Assembly: GCF_009914755.1 (NCBI RefSeq)
Contig: NC_060942.1
Reading direction: 5' to 3' (one strand)
Source: the human T2T-CHM13v2.0 reference genome, Homo sapiens
DNA length: 64,000 nt
How positions within the stretch are numbered: position 1 is the stretch's first letter; the number at the start of each line of letters is the position of its first letter. This document shows, in pieces, positions 1-15,561 of the stretch. Position numbers and translations under genes: made by a program. The notes beneath the pieces were generated by a model. It searched no databases. It had not been told where the DNA came from and was given only the letters and a program-made list of their open reading frames with translations.

Positions 1-870
1 ACAGAATATTTTCATCACCACAAGAACCCCTTGCGTTGTCCTTTTATACCCACACCCACCTCTCCTCCAACTTCCAAACTCTGTTCCTAATCTCTGGCAA
101 CCACTCATCTGTTTTCCATTTCTAAAATTTTGTCAGGTCAAAGATATTATATAAATAGAATCATGCACTGTATAACCTTTCAGAATAACCTTTGTAACTC
201 AGCATAATTACATCCAGATTCATCCAAGATGCTGCATGTATCGATAGTTTATCCCTTGTTCTTGCTGACTAGAATGTCATACTATGTTTATGCCCGTAAG
301 GGTCATCTGAGCTTTTTCCAGTTTTAACTATGATGCACTAAGTTGCTATGAACATTTGTGTACAGGTTTTTATGTGAGCATAAGCTGTCATTTCTCTGGG
401 ATAAATGCCCAGGGATACAATTGCTGGAATGTATGATAAATGCATGTTTCATTTTTTCTTTATTTTTTTTAATTAAAAAAATAGAGAATAGAGATGGGGT
501 CTCATTATGTTGACCAGGCTGGTCTTGAACTCCTGGTCTCAAGCAATCTTCCCATCGTGGCCTCCCAAAGTGCTGAGATTACAGGCATGGGCCACCACAC
601 CCAGCCCATGTTTTCTTTTTTTTTCCCAGAAATTGCCAAACGGTTTTTCTGAGCGGCTATACAATTTTGGCTTACATTCCCACCAGAATATACAAGTGAT
701 TCGGTTTCTCCACAGCCTCCCCACCATTTGTTGTTGTACACCAGCCCACCCAGCTACTATTCTTTATTACAGCAATTCTGATAGGTGTGGTGTGATATTT
801 CATTGTGGTTTTAATGTTCACTTGCCTGGTGGTTAATGATGTTGAATTTACTTCACATTTTAAAATTCCA
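1..870 (-). mobile_element. Old L1 (L1M) 3' region interrupted by an Alu monomer
   Basis: tccagattcatccaagatg, atgaacatttgtgtacagg, cattcccaccag, tcattgtggttttaat motifs. Confidence 0.8.
460..606 (-). mobile_element. Alu monomer (FLAM-like)
   Basis: Alu left-arm consensus. Confidence 0.85.
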
Positions 871-1220
871 TTCTTGTATTTTTCTCTTACTAAAATCCAG
901 ATGTGATAAGGAAAGAACTAGGGCTCACAATGTACAGAGAAAGAACACCCATCTACATAGCTTTCTAAAGGGTCTTACATGATTATTTGTTACCCCTTTT
1001 GCAGGTATATCATTTAAAATTGGATAGATTAAGAAATCTGTTTTTCTCCCATCACTAATTAATATTTCTTACTGAATTATCCTACAAATACATTTCAGTC
1101 AAAAAAAGAGGAGTCCAATTATTATCCTTAAACTTAATGAGCAGATTAGGTATATGCTTTTGGAAACTGTGATTACTTGTAGTTAAAACTTTTAACAAAA
1201 TGAAACAAAGTCCCAAACAC

Positions 1221-1265
1221 CCCCTGACAGTCTAGTGGTTAGGAAAAAAAAATGTGAAAAAGAAA
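1221..1265 (+). pseudogene. 5' fragment of tRNA-Glu retroposed with an A-rich tail
   Basis: cccctgacagtctagtggttagga vs tRNA-Glu(CTC) 5' end TCCCTGGTGGTCTAGTGGTTAGGA (20/24); A tail; flanking direct repeats aaacaaagtcccaaacac / aaacaaaactcccaaacac. Confidence 0.7.
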
Positions 1266-1685
1266 AAACAAAACTCCCAAACACCTTAGGCATCATGGAA
1301 AACTCTTATCCACACTTCAGATTTGGGTTCTGCATTACAAAGTACTTTCATATACATTCTCTTTCTTAATTCTCAGTACGACCTAGAGAGTTGTATATTT
1401 TTAACCTTATTAGGTGAGGAAAATGGAAAAGACAGTTGAGGAACAAAAGAACCCCTGCAGTGGCTGAGCTTAAAATCAACCGTGATCATATTTTCCAACC
1501 ATGAGGAAATGCAGTTGAATGAAACCTACCTCTTGCTAAAGCATTTCCACATGCCTTGCTTTGTTACCCGAATTCCAGTCACCCACTGTATGTCTTCACT
1601 GCCCTTTGAAGTGGAAAATTTGTTCCACTACAAATATCTCTACCCCTAGGACTGGTATGTTAAACTTGTTTTAATTTATTTTCCA

Positions 1686-1980
1686 TTTATTTTTTGTAGA
1701 CAGTGTCTCACTGTGTTGTCCAGGCTGAAGTGAAGTGGTATGGTGTCATGACTCACTGCAGCTTTGACCTCCTGGGCTCAGGCGATCCTCCCATCTCAGC
1801 CTCCAGAGTAGCTAAGACTACAGGTGTGCACCACCATACCCAGCTGACTTTTAAAAATTGTTTTTGTAGAGTCGGGGTCTCATTATGTTGCCCAGGCTAG
1901 TTTGAACTCCTGGGTGTAAGCAATCCTCCTGCCTTGGCCTCCCAAAGTGCTGGTTTACAGGCATGAGCCACTGCACCCAG
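1686..1980 (-). mobile_element. Alu (AluJ-like)
   Basis: Dimeric Alu consensus. Confidence 0.9.
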
Positions 1981-2040
1981 TGGCTGTAAACTTTTTAATG
2001 AAACATAAAGATAAAAAAAGCGAATCCAGATTAGAAATTA

Positions 2041-2181
2041 TGTTGGTTCGCTCAGACTGTATCTAGTTAAATGAAAGTAAGGAAGGCCTTATTTGGCATC
2101 TTATCTTACAGGGGCTCTTCGGAAAATGCACAGTACTTGTTGGGGACAAGTTTCAGTGATTTACCTGATGCCAAATTTACA
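2041..2181. repeat. Diverged direct repeat, copy A (paralog at 6181-6323)
   Basis: Colinear similarity with identical core atgaaagtaaggaaggccttatttgg. Confidence 0.85.
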
Positions 2182-2266
2182 ACGTTGTAATCTCTTGGAG
2201 AGATTATTACAGAAACAGGTTACATCAGTTTAAAACCAAATGGAAAGAAACCAGAGGTGCATGTTC

Positions 2267-2268
<2 letters not shown>

Positions 2269-2311
<43 letters not shown>

Positions 2312-2322
2312 ACGTGTGTGTG
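2269..2322. repeat. (TG)n microsatellite at an Alu tail
   Basis: About 20 uninterrupted TG units, then cacgtgtgtgtg. Confidence 0.95.
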
Positions 2323-2327
2323 TTTGT

Positions 2328-2594
2328 ATGACAGGGTGTCTGTCGCCCGGGCTGGAGTGATCTTGGCTCACTGCAAACTCCGCCTCCTGGGCTCAAGCGG
2401 TCCTCCCACTCAGACTCCCGAGTAGCTGGGACTACAGGTGTGCACCACTACATTTGGCTAAATTTTGTATTTTTTGTAGAGATGGGGTTTCGTCGTGTTG
2501 CCCAGGCTGGTCTCAAACTCCTGGGCTCAAGTGATCTGCGTGCCTTGGCCTCCCAAAGTGTTGAGATTACAGGCGTGAGCCACTGTGCCCGGCC
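2328..2594 (-). mobile_element. Alu
   Basis: Alu consensus. Confidence 0.9.
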
Positions 2595-2904
2595 TAGGGG
2601 CACATGCTCTCAGGAGCCCCTGGAGTTCTGTCACAGGGGAAAAAAATTATTAAAAAAAGAAAGAAAGAAGCCTGTTTTCAACAGAACTAGAGCCTATAGA
2701 AATTTTCATATTCCACTCTGTTGGAGGTAATTTCTTTCTTCAATTTTATTTGTCATAGAGTTAACACAGAACATGTTCATTTTCTCATAATTTTAAAGGG
2801 TGACTCTTCAAAGATACTAAGTGGTCTACATATGTCTATTAGAGACAAACTTTTATCCCGATGCTTGACCTATGAAACGTTAAGATGATTGGAAAACCGA
2901 CTGA

Positions 2905-3210
<306 letters not shown>

Positions 3211-3369
3211 TAACCTTGTGTTTGGTTACTCTGGTCAAGTATAAGCAGCTATGGAGTACGATGAAGGTGGTGGGCTGTTAAGTGTGCCTTAAAAGAAGGA
3301 ACAAAATCTGGGGTGCTGGAACCTGTTCATAGTGCAGAAGGAGCAGGCACAGGCAGGCTTCATGCTTAC

Positions 3370-3425
3370 CTTCCCCTCCTGGATGGTGACCACGTCTGGG
3401 AGACCTCCCAACACCCGGGCACGAT
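3370..3425 (-). CDS. MYOM1: MYOM1 exon 37 (56 nt), start of Ig My13: (N)RARVLGGLPDVVTIQEGK
   Basis: ttgcag|AT, AAG|gtaagc; phase 1 to 0; last exon lies beyond position 1. Confidence 0.97.
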
Positions 3426-3535
3426 CTGCAAGCATAGGCATTTTGGGTTAATCACTGCAGTGGCAAGGCCAGCGGTCATACTCACAAAACCACCCAGGAA
3501 GCTACATTTCCAATTTAGTTTCCTTCTCCTGATAG

Positions 3536-4188
<653 letters not shown>

Positions 4189-4509
4189 TGGATTCAGGAT
4201 TTTAATCCTTCTTCACCGTCATATTGTGTGTGTGTGGGGGGCGGTGGGGGAGTGCCTGTATCTGTATCTAAAATACCAGTGTGTGATAGCTTTGCCATAT
4301 CAAGACCCGCTCTATCATTTTCATGGCTGTTTTTGGCCCTGACCCTTCTGCAGCTTAGTAGGGCTAAGCTCAAGGAAGTAGAACAGATCTCTATGGACAG
4401 CCTCCAAGCGTAGCTTGGCCTCTTTTATGGGTTTCCATATGATGAGAAAAGGTTGCATAATGGAAGGGCTACATGCTAGGGAGATTGGAGGCTCATGCAG
4501 ATGTAAGCA

Positions 4510-4648
4510 TTTTTTTTTTTTTTTTTTTTTTTTTAAGAGACAGGGTCTTATGTTACCCAGGCTGGTCTTGAACTCCTGGGCTCCAGCCATCATCCTGCCT
4601 TGGCTTCCCAAAGTGTTAGGATTACAGGCACAAGCCACCAGGCCTGGC
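4510..4648 (-). mobile_element. Alu monomer (FLAM-like)
   Basis: Alu left arm plus poly(T). Confidence 0.85.
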
Positions 4649-5197
4649 CATAAGCTTTCCTTGAAGCCTTCTCTAGAGAGTGTCCCTTTCTTGTCTCCCG
4701 GTAGTTCTTGGTAGTGCTGTGCAGGCCACTGTCTATGGCTAGGAGTATAAAGGCCTGCAGGTGAGGGGACGAGGCACAGGATGGGTGCTGGGATCCTGGG
4801 TGCCCTCAGCCAAGCTATATGCCCTGGGCATGACTGCCTCAGTCCCTGGAAAGGGCACCTTCCTGTCATTCATTCAAAGGTGTTCTCTCTGGCATGAACA
4901 CAGCAGCCACCTCCCTCTCATTTTTCGGCCTGCTTCAATTAATGTGTGACTCTTGACTTCCCTGTCTACAATTCCCTTCTCCATTAAGTGAGGCTAAAGC
5001 TTTGCTTTTGGTGAAACATGACAGCATTCTACTGCTAATTCCATCATGCCACCTGTAAGCCTAACCCTTCTTCTGGTTTCCTGTGTGACATGCTGTGTGA
5101 TACTGGGCCAGTCACTTCACTGTGTTGGCCTCAGTCTCCTAATTTGTAGAATGGGGGACAAGGGTTGCATTAGACCTGGGGATACTATGATTATTTC

Positions 5198-5538
5198 TGA
5201 ATAATGCCTTTTAACCAATCGAATGTTGCCTTTTCCGATGCTACCTATGGCTTGCCTGGGCATGCCCACATGTGCATTGGGGGAATGGGGGGATCCACCA
5301 GGAATTTGCACCTTATGCAGGGGAGGGGCCTGGCCTCTTCAGCTCATCCACGGTAGACCTGGTATTCAACTGTGAGAGGGAAACCTGCTTGGAGAAACCC
5401 TCTCTTTGCCGAGAGTTTTCCTTTCGCTTAATAAATTCTGCCTGCCTCACCCTTCAATGTGTCCGCATGTCTAATTTTTCCTGGTTGTGAGACAAGAACC
5501 TGGATTTAGCTGAACTAAGGAGCAAAAATCCTGCATCA
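5198..5538 (+). mobile_element. ERV1 LTR (MER61/LTR1-like), 5' boundary uncertain
   Basis: aataaa at ~5430; 3' end gagacaagaacctggatttagctgaactaaggagcaaaaatcctgcatca typical of this group. Confidence 0.7.
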
Positions 5539-6180
5539 ATTTGAAGTAAGTGTTCCATAGCTTACAAAAGTTTACAAACATGGAGCTAGAAAAGCTCTAA
5601 GGTTGCTTCCAGTTCTAAAGAGTTCATGAACTCCTTGCCCACAGAAGAGTTCAAGAATCTGGAAAGACAGAAAACTGCTTGTGGATGTAGGCTTTGCTCA
5701 GTACCAAACAAGAACAGCTCTCTCTTGCTCAACACCCCACTTCCCCCTTGACCTCTGGTGCCCCAGTACCAGCCTCTGTCCCTTACCCCCAGCTGCAGTC
5801 CACATACACAGGGCCTGAGCAGGAGGGGGAAAGTGGAGAAGGGAGTGGAGGGGAGCAGTGCAAGTTTCAGGTTCAAAGTTCAAAGTTGCACCCAGAGGCA
5901 CATGGAGCCCTGTGGGGAAGGATGACTTCCCTTCTTGCTCCTTCTCCCTGTCCCCTTCACATCCAGCTCAGGTGGACTCTACCATTTTAGCCTGTAACAA
6001 TTTTAAAATTCTGGCTCCCACTCGGACAAAGAAGCTGAATTAGTATTATGGATTAGTCAGTGACTCCTAAGATCCTGTAAGACTGAGTTCTTCTAAAAAT
6101 CTGTGTGTGTGAAACAAACAGCTCACAGAAATACTGCAGTGTGTGTGTTTCTGGGTACACATGCAGACTTGACAGATTGG

Positions 6181-6323
6181 TGTTGCTTTGCTTGGACTGT
6201 GTCTAGTTATATGAAAGTAAGGAAGGCCTTATTTGGTAGCTTTTATCTCGCAGGGGCTCCCAGGAAAATGTACAGTATTTGTTGGGGCCAAGTTACAGTG
6301 AATTACTTGATATCAAATTTACA
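6181..6323. repeat. Diverged direct repeat, copy B (paralog at 2041-2181)
   Basis: As above; similarity ends at an Alu insertion. Confidence 0.85.
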
Positions 6324-6337
6324 GTTTTCTATTTTCT

Positions 6338-6680
<343 letters not shown>

Positions 6681-6990
6681 TGAAACACTGTACCTGCAAG
6701 TCACTAACAACCTACTGTATGATTTGCAGCCAAGAGGTTTCTCAGGATGTCTGGGTTGTAGCTCAAGTCAAGGGTAGGGTGACATTCTTTACAATGTAAC
6801 CTGAGACCTTCTTTTCCTAGATATTCTTACTCAAAAGACTAAAATGAAAACATATGTAGAACACCTAAGATTTAAAAAAGAAAAAAACCACTTCCATTCT
6901 CCTCCATCTGTAGTTATAATAGCAAAATAAAATTATCTTTTGAATCTATCCCAGGAGTACTTGTGAAAAGTAAAAAAAAAGTTTACTTAC

Positions 6991-7013
6991 TTTTCTCGGC
7001 AATGGCAGCTTGT
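6991..7013 (-). CDS. MYOM1: MYOM1 exon 36 (23-nt microexon): (K)QAAIAEK(N)
   Basis: ccacag|A, A|gtaagt; phase 2 to 1; needed to join exons 35 and 37 in frame. Confidence 0.95.
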
Positions 7014-7264
7014 CTGTGGTTGAGAGAAACGAACAAACAGACAAAGAAGAATTTTGTGTTAGTGTTACTTCAAAGTAGCTAAACTTGACGACATTTTCCT
7101 TGCCTCAGAGACATTTTGCTGTTCAATATAACAATGGGAAGTGCTGCTTCTACTGTACTTTCTGAAATAAAAGGCTCTTTCTAACACTCAGAGGGGCGAG
7201 CAGCATGCAAGCTTCCCGGGAAATTAGTGCATGCAAGTGGCATTTGCTAGGACCAGGGACTTAC

Positions 7265-7301
7265 TTCAACCTCTGGAATTCAGCATAGGCCTCATCGTAT
7301 G
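7265..7301 (-). CDS. MYOM1: MYOM1 exon 35 (37 nt): (A)YDEAYAEFQRL(K)
   Basis: ttttaaag|CA, AA|gtaagt; phase 1 to 2. Confidence 0.95.
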
Positions 7302-7600
7302 CTTTAAAAGAAAAAAGAAAAGTTAGAATTTTCTCACCCAGAATTGATGACACACAGGGGCGATTAAAATTCACAACTGGAGATTGCTGTGATCGGTCCA
7401 GACATGACTAAACCGACTTTGATTAAGACTGTGCTTATGTGTTCACTCCACAGCTTAATGTACTTAACAAGGCCAGGAAATACATTGTAGGCACAAAATA
7501 TGAAATAGTAGATTTTAGAAGCTTTCAACTCAGCAAGAGGGCTTCAGCCCCTCAAACGGAAAGGCAAAGATTAACTCCAACAAAGAAAAAATGGGAATAA

Positions 7601-7907
<307 letters not shown>

Positions 7908-8227
7908 ATAAAAGTCTGTTTCAAAGAAAAGCTGGTTGTTGAGTAAACATCCTGAGTGTCAAACAAAAAGGAAAACAAAAACTTTGTCTTATTAAATTAT
8001 CCCAGACATCAGAGCCTCCTAGATAGGCAGTTAACTCTCTTTCTGTTATGCTGTCTGGTCTGTTTGGGCAAAAAAGCACAATGAGTTACTGTAATCACAG
8101 AGGGTGCTGGTGCTTGCCTGAAGCAATGTTTCTTATGCCATGATGGAGAGGGGATGAAAGGCAAGTGGGACAAGAAAATGAGATCTATATAGTTCTCAAA
8201 TAATTTTTTTCTGTGCCTGCCGAGTAA

Positions 8228-8857
<630 letters not shown>

Positions 8858-9584
8858 AGGTCGCTTCATTTTGAAATCCCTCTCACCTCATTTTTAATCT
8901 CCTCAGTGGTCTAGGAATCATATTTTAAGTCTAGAGAATGCTTAGATAATACTAGTTTATTCCCTCATGTTACAGATGGGAAAAATAAGTATAAAGCTAG
9001 GCTTAAAGTTGCTAGTCCTGATTTTTTCTCATCTGTAAAATGAAGGGTAGACCAGTTAGGCGGACCCAGGCTGAGGTTAGTGCTTCCTCTTGTCCCCGCA
9101 CCACTCTGACAGAGAGGTGGGAATGGCCGAGCCAATCTGTGCTTGGTGGCAGTGGCAATGCTGGTAGGACAATCTACAGCCTTTTCCTTAAAAGGGATTT
9201 CAGAGTGGTGTAGTTAAATAAGCTTTGGTGAACCAGAGAGTAAAAATAAAATTTAAAAAAATTAAACATTTTCCACCCACTGACTGCCTCCCTTTTTCCA
9301 TTGTGTTTCACATTGTCAGATGGAGTGTGGAATGAATCCCCTGTCACTGTGCACTTGTGATGCAGGCAAAGTGTGTCCTAGAAAGTCCGCGTCCCTCTGG
9401 AGCAGCTGCTCCCATTACTGAAAGGTCCTGCAGCGAGTCTTTCTAGTCGCCGTGAATGGGTGAGGTGAAGACAAGGGGATTCAGCACCAAAAACACTCAC
9501 AGCAGGGCTGAAGGGCGACGCTCTAAGTGATGAATCTGCTCTCTGAGGTTGAGAAAACCTGAGTTACTGCATATTGAGGTTGTA

Positions 9585-10679
<1,095 letters not shown>

Positions 10680-10714
10680 TAGAGTAAATTTGAATCTGCA
10701 AAATATCTGTTTAC

Positions 10715-10878
10715 CTTGTCCAGAGAGATCCACTGTCTTCTGATGTCCAGTTTTGCCATCAAAGAGCTCCATGACATACTTCCCTTTGTCATTCGGGGTG
10801 GGCTCGTTGATTTGTAGCCAGATCTGCTCTCCAGTGACCCCGGTCTTAACTCTGTCTGAGTACCTAATGGCGGACCCA
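10715..10878 (-). CDS. MYOM1: MYOM1 exon 34 (164 nt): (N)GSAIRYSDRVKTGVTGEQIWLQINEPTPNDKGKYVMELFDGKTGHQKTVDLSGQ(A)
   Basis: Contained in ORF 10671..10919; ttcacag|T, G|gtaaac; phase 2 to 1. Confidence 0.97.
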
Positions 10879-11927
10879 CTGTGAAAATCGAAGAAAACTT
10901 CCTTAGCATTTGCTTCCATCCAGGGCTGATCTTTACTTTGTCTCTCATTGAAGCTCTTGCCATAAAGTTTTGTAGGCTTTCAAAAAACGAGGGATCTGCA
11001 TATGTTATTCTTCTGCTTCAGAAAAATTATGGGCCATGACACACAGAACCGGGATTCCAGGGCCCAAGGTGTGACAGTCTGAACATTTATTTGTTAATAA
11101 CTCCTCATAGCAGTCTGAGGCCCAGTGCAAATCACAATACTAATACTTCTCGGTGGCATTAATTATCTTTGTTTTTGTTTGGGTTTATTTGTAGGACTAG
11201 GGTAATCTATAAAGCTAAAAGGCCAAACTACATACTATTTTACTGCATATTTCATCTAGATAATCTATGGCTATAAATCAGATTCTACAAGCTAGTCCAA
11301 AAACACACTTATGGAGGCTCATCTGTGCCTGACATCTATTGACATATGTTGTTAGAAAGCTATTTAAAACAGATAAATATGCACTTGGTAGTAGAGCCAA
11401 GAGTGAATGAAAAGCAGAGTTGCCGCCAACACGAATGAGGCATGTTCTCTGTCCCGGGATGTGAGTTTCTCAGAATTCTACAGTAGGTCATGAGCAGACC
11501 CATGCAATATATTCTCTGCAAGAGAATATTAGGAAATACAGCCCTTTTTTGTGTGATCTTGGTGTAGAAATACTACAGATATAGACGAACTAAGAGAAAG
11601 CTAGGTAGATGTACTTTTAATTATGTTAAAAGAAACTTTATGAAGAAGTTATTAAAACTGAGGAAATGTTTAAAAAGTGGCATACAAAATGACGTTAAAA
11701 AGTGGTATATAAAATGACGTTATTATAGTAACCATCATGCATAGAAAAAAGGCTAGCAGGAAGTACCCTAAAATGTTCATATTATGGCTGGTAAAACTAT
11801 GGATACTATTATATTATAGTTTTTTCTAATTTATATTATTATAAATGTATTTTCTGAAACAAGCATGTCTTACGTCTGTTGTAATAAACAAAATGAACTT
11901 TGGAAAACATAGAAAAACAAATTTTCT

Positions 11928-12230
<303 letters not shown>

Positions 12231-12386
12231 CTAAAAGCTTTTAGCTTTCTAATATTTAGCATTTTTAATAATATTACATTTTTTAAATAACATTATTTAT
12301 CTAAAAAGATATTAAAAATAAAGATGCCATAAAATGTAAAGACAGATTTTGGCATGAGCAATAGATGTGTCTTAGAGAGTTAAACA

Positions 12387-12681
12387 GGGCCGGGCGTGGT
12401 GGCTCACGCCTGTAATCCCAGTACTTTGGGAGGCCGAGGCAGGTGGATCACGAAGTCAGGAGTTTGAAACCAGCCTGGCCAGCATGGTGAAACCTCGTCT
12501 TTACTAAAAATACAAAAATTAGCCAGGCATGGTGGCACACGCTTGTAATCCCAGCTATTTGGGAAGCTGAGGCAGGAGAATTGCTTCACCCTGGAGGCAG
12601 AGGTTGCAGTGAGCCGGGATCACGCCACTGCACTCCAGCCTGGGTGACAGAGTGAGACTCCGTCTCAAAAAAAAAAAAAAA
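12387..12681 (+). mobile_element. Alu (AluS-like)
   Basis: Alu consensus; TSD agagagttaaacag. Confidence 0.92.
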
Positions 12682-13461
12682 GAGAGAGAGTTAAACAGAA
12701 AGATTGTCCTCTGCTTTGCTATAATAAATCTGTTTTAAATCTTTAATCTCTGGGTAACATGAATAAGGGTACCTTACATCTGTAATGTGCTTCCGATGGA
12801 ATAGGTACTATTGGTCCTATTTTATATAAGAGAAAACTGAGATTCAGAAAATTAAATGACCTGTCTAAGATCATAAGGCAAGATAGGAACAAAGTGAAGA
12901 CTAAAATCCGTTTCAAGGGTTTTTTTCCCCTCTATGCCACATACAGACAGCAAAGACCATCCTTATCCCTGAATGTCATAGGTACACGGAAACACAAGAG
13001 ACATAATTGATTGACTAGACCAAATAATTAAGATACTTATGCTTTGCTGGCCTAATAGCAATTTCCTCAAAACATACTTTCAGTGTTCTCATTTTTGAAC
13101 AAGTTAATTCTTTTAGAGAAGATATAAAGCTTTTTGATTGATGATTCAATGAATTTTACTTCTCTCATTCTTCAGACTGATATATTAGAATGTCCTAGAT
13201 GCCACAGAGGAATTTCCTGGAATTTGATCTATTTTAGCTAATAATTACTTTCCTAAAATGTATTCTGAAAGAAACAGAACAAAGGAATAAGCCCCAAGCA
13301 TTCTACATTGGAATTTTACTAATTCTCATTTTTATGACTCAGGAAATAATAAATCATAATACTAACGAAAACACTGTTTTATATAACAGTAAAGTCATCT
13401 TAAAGAAAACACAAATGGCTGCTTTGTGGGGCCTGGCTCTGGCTAACTGTTCAATCTAGCC

Positions 13462-13796
13462 CAGTGGTCCCCAACCTTTTTGGCACCAGGGACCGGTTTC
13501 ATGGAAGACGATTTTTCCACAGACCAGGTCGGGGGTGGGTTTGGGGATGACTCAAGCACATAACATTTATCATCAGATTCTTATAAGGAGCGCACAACCT
13601 AGATCCCTCGCATGCGCAGTTCACAATAGGGTTCGCGCTCCTATGAGAATCTAATGCCGCAGCTGATCTGACAGGAGGCGGAGCTCAGGTGGTCATGCTC
13701 GCTCCCTCGCCCACCACTCACCTCCTGTTACACGGCCCAGCTCCTAGTAGGCCACGGACTGGTACCGGTCCATGGCCTGGGGTTTGGGGATCTCTA
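13462..13796 (+). mobile_element. MER1B (hAT-Charlie MITE)
   Basis: cagtggtccccaacctttttggcaccagggaccgg start, terminal inverted repeat, 8-bp TSD atctagcc/atctagac. Confidence 0.9.
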
Positions 13797-13839
13797 ATCT
13801 AGACTTCACACGGCTGGAATCCAGTGGCAGGTAGTACCA

Positions 13840-14040
13840 TGATGAACCGGGCTCTGGAGCCAGGCTGCCTAGGCTCAGCCTTGACCTACCTCTTAGCTGT
13901 GTGACCTTAGGCCGGTCACCTCCCCGAGCCCTAGCTCCCTCATCCCTCAAGTGAGGAGCACCTACCATGTAGAATGGTGAATGTGAAATGAATTCACATA
14001 TGTAAAGGGCTTTGAGCAGTGCCCCCCATATTGTCAATGC
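13840..14040. mobile_element. MIR remnant (others near 5095-5175, 8935-9050, 12790-12910, 21235-21340, 25970-26120, 27700-27920, 32960-33090, 53330-53540)
   Basis: MIR core motifs agctgtgtgacctt, ctcatctgtaaaatg, gtaaagggctttgagcagtgcc. Confidence 0.6.
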
Positions 14041-14920
14041 CACTGAGGGTACAGTGTAAGGAAACTTATTATCTGCACCCTCCTGGGGATGCCATGTGAC
14101 CTTCTTCTCAGTGGGGCTCCTAGGAACATTTGCAGTTTGGAACATTTGCATCCTGAAGTTGGACTGAATGTGGCTACATTCCATCGGATTATCTTTGCCA
14201 GGCCTCCGTTCTCTTTCAGCTCAGGATATTTCAAGGAAACACAGAGGTTAAGGACACTGTCAAGAGTGTAAATGGGAGGCCTGGTTTGATTTGGAAACTG
14301 ATTTCAGCTCTTGGAATCCCAGAAGTGAACTTGAATAGAGTCCCTGTATAACTGCACAGAGGTTCAAACTCACCTTCCCCAAAGTCAACTTGAGATCTCC
14401 AAAGCCTTCTGAGAGTGGACCAGAAACATGCTAATGTCTCACTCTGCCAGATGCTATAACAACAACAATAATCTTGGGCACTCGTTGGATTAGGCTTCTT
14501 TGGTGAATGCCCATTCATTCATATCATGGGAAATTTGGTGCCTCCTGGTGCACACTGCTTCATTTCTGTTCCAGACCACAGATGTGTTAACCGTGTGTAT
14601 AGAAAGAAAGGTAAGAATGTGGCTCCAGATGCCTGGCACAGCAGAGAGAGCCCAAGCATGACTGTCTGGAGGTGGAGGCTGCATTATAGAGATGTCTATG
14701 AATTATGGTACTTCTTAAATCACAAAGAAAGATGTACTGTAACTATGACTGGCCTCAGCATGTACATGTTGAGGGAAAGAGCTAACCTCACAGTAACAGA
14801 ATGCCTTGGATGTTTATCTCCTGGGCTCACCAATGTCAGACTTGAGAATTAAGAAGACTCCTTACTTGAGAAGAACAGAAAAATTTTTTCCCTATCCTCC
14901 CCTCTTCCAGTGGGGAAAGA

Positions 14921-15278
14921 ATTTCTTTTTCTTTCTTTCTTTTCTTTTTTCTTTTTCTTTTTCTTTTTTTTTTTTTTTTTTTTGAGACAGTGTCTCACTC
15001 TGACACCCAGGCTGAAGTACAGTGGTGCAATCTCGGCTCACTGCAACATCCGCCTCCTGGGTTCAAGCAATTCTCATGCCTCAGCCTCCCCAGTAGCTCA
15101 GATTACAGGTGTCTGCCACTGCGCCCAGCTCATTTTTTTTTTTTTTTTTTTGTATTTTTAGTATAGACAGGGTTTCACCATGTTGGCCAGGCTGGTCTCG
15201 AACTCCTGACCTCAAATGATCCACCTGCCTCGGCCTCCCAAAGTGCTGGGATTACAGGTGTGAGCTGCCGCGCCTGGC
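14921..15278 (-). mobile_element. Alu ending about 45 nt from the exon 33 donor
   Basis: Alu consensus; TSD ggaaagaatttct. Confidence 0.92.
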
Positions 15279-15321
15279 AGGGAAAGAATTTCTACACAGC
15301 AAGTAAGTTCTCATTTACTTA

Positions 15322-15522
<201 letters not shown>

Positions 15523-15561
15523 CTATTTTTTTGCATACTTCCATCATCAGTTCCTTAAAGG
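15523..15561 (-). CDS. MYOM1: MYOM1 exon 32 (39 nt), My11-My12 helix: (A)FKELMMEVCKKI(A)
   Basis: ccacag|CC, G|gtgagt; phase 1 to 1. Confidence 0.95.

Noticed and set aside
4741-4770. TATA-like tataaagg followed by donor-like caggtgag on the plus strand
   Set aside because: Spacing too short for a first exon; no other promoter evidence.
11670-11722. 25-bp tandem duplication with two mismatches
   Set aside because: Ordinary slippage duplication in old repeat-like sequence.
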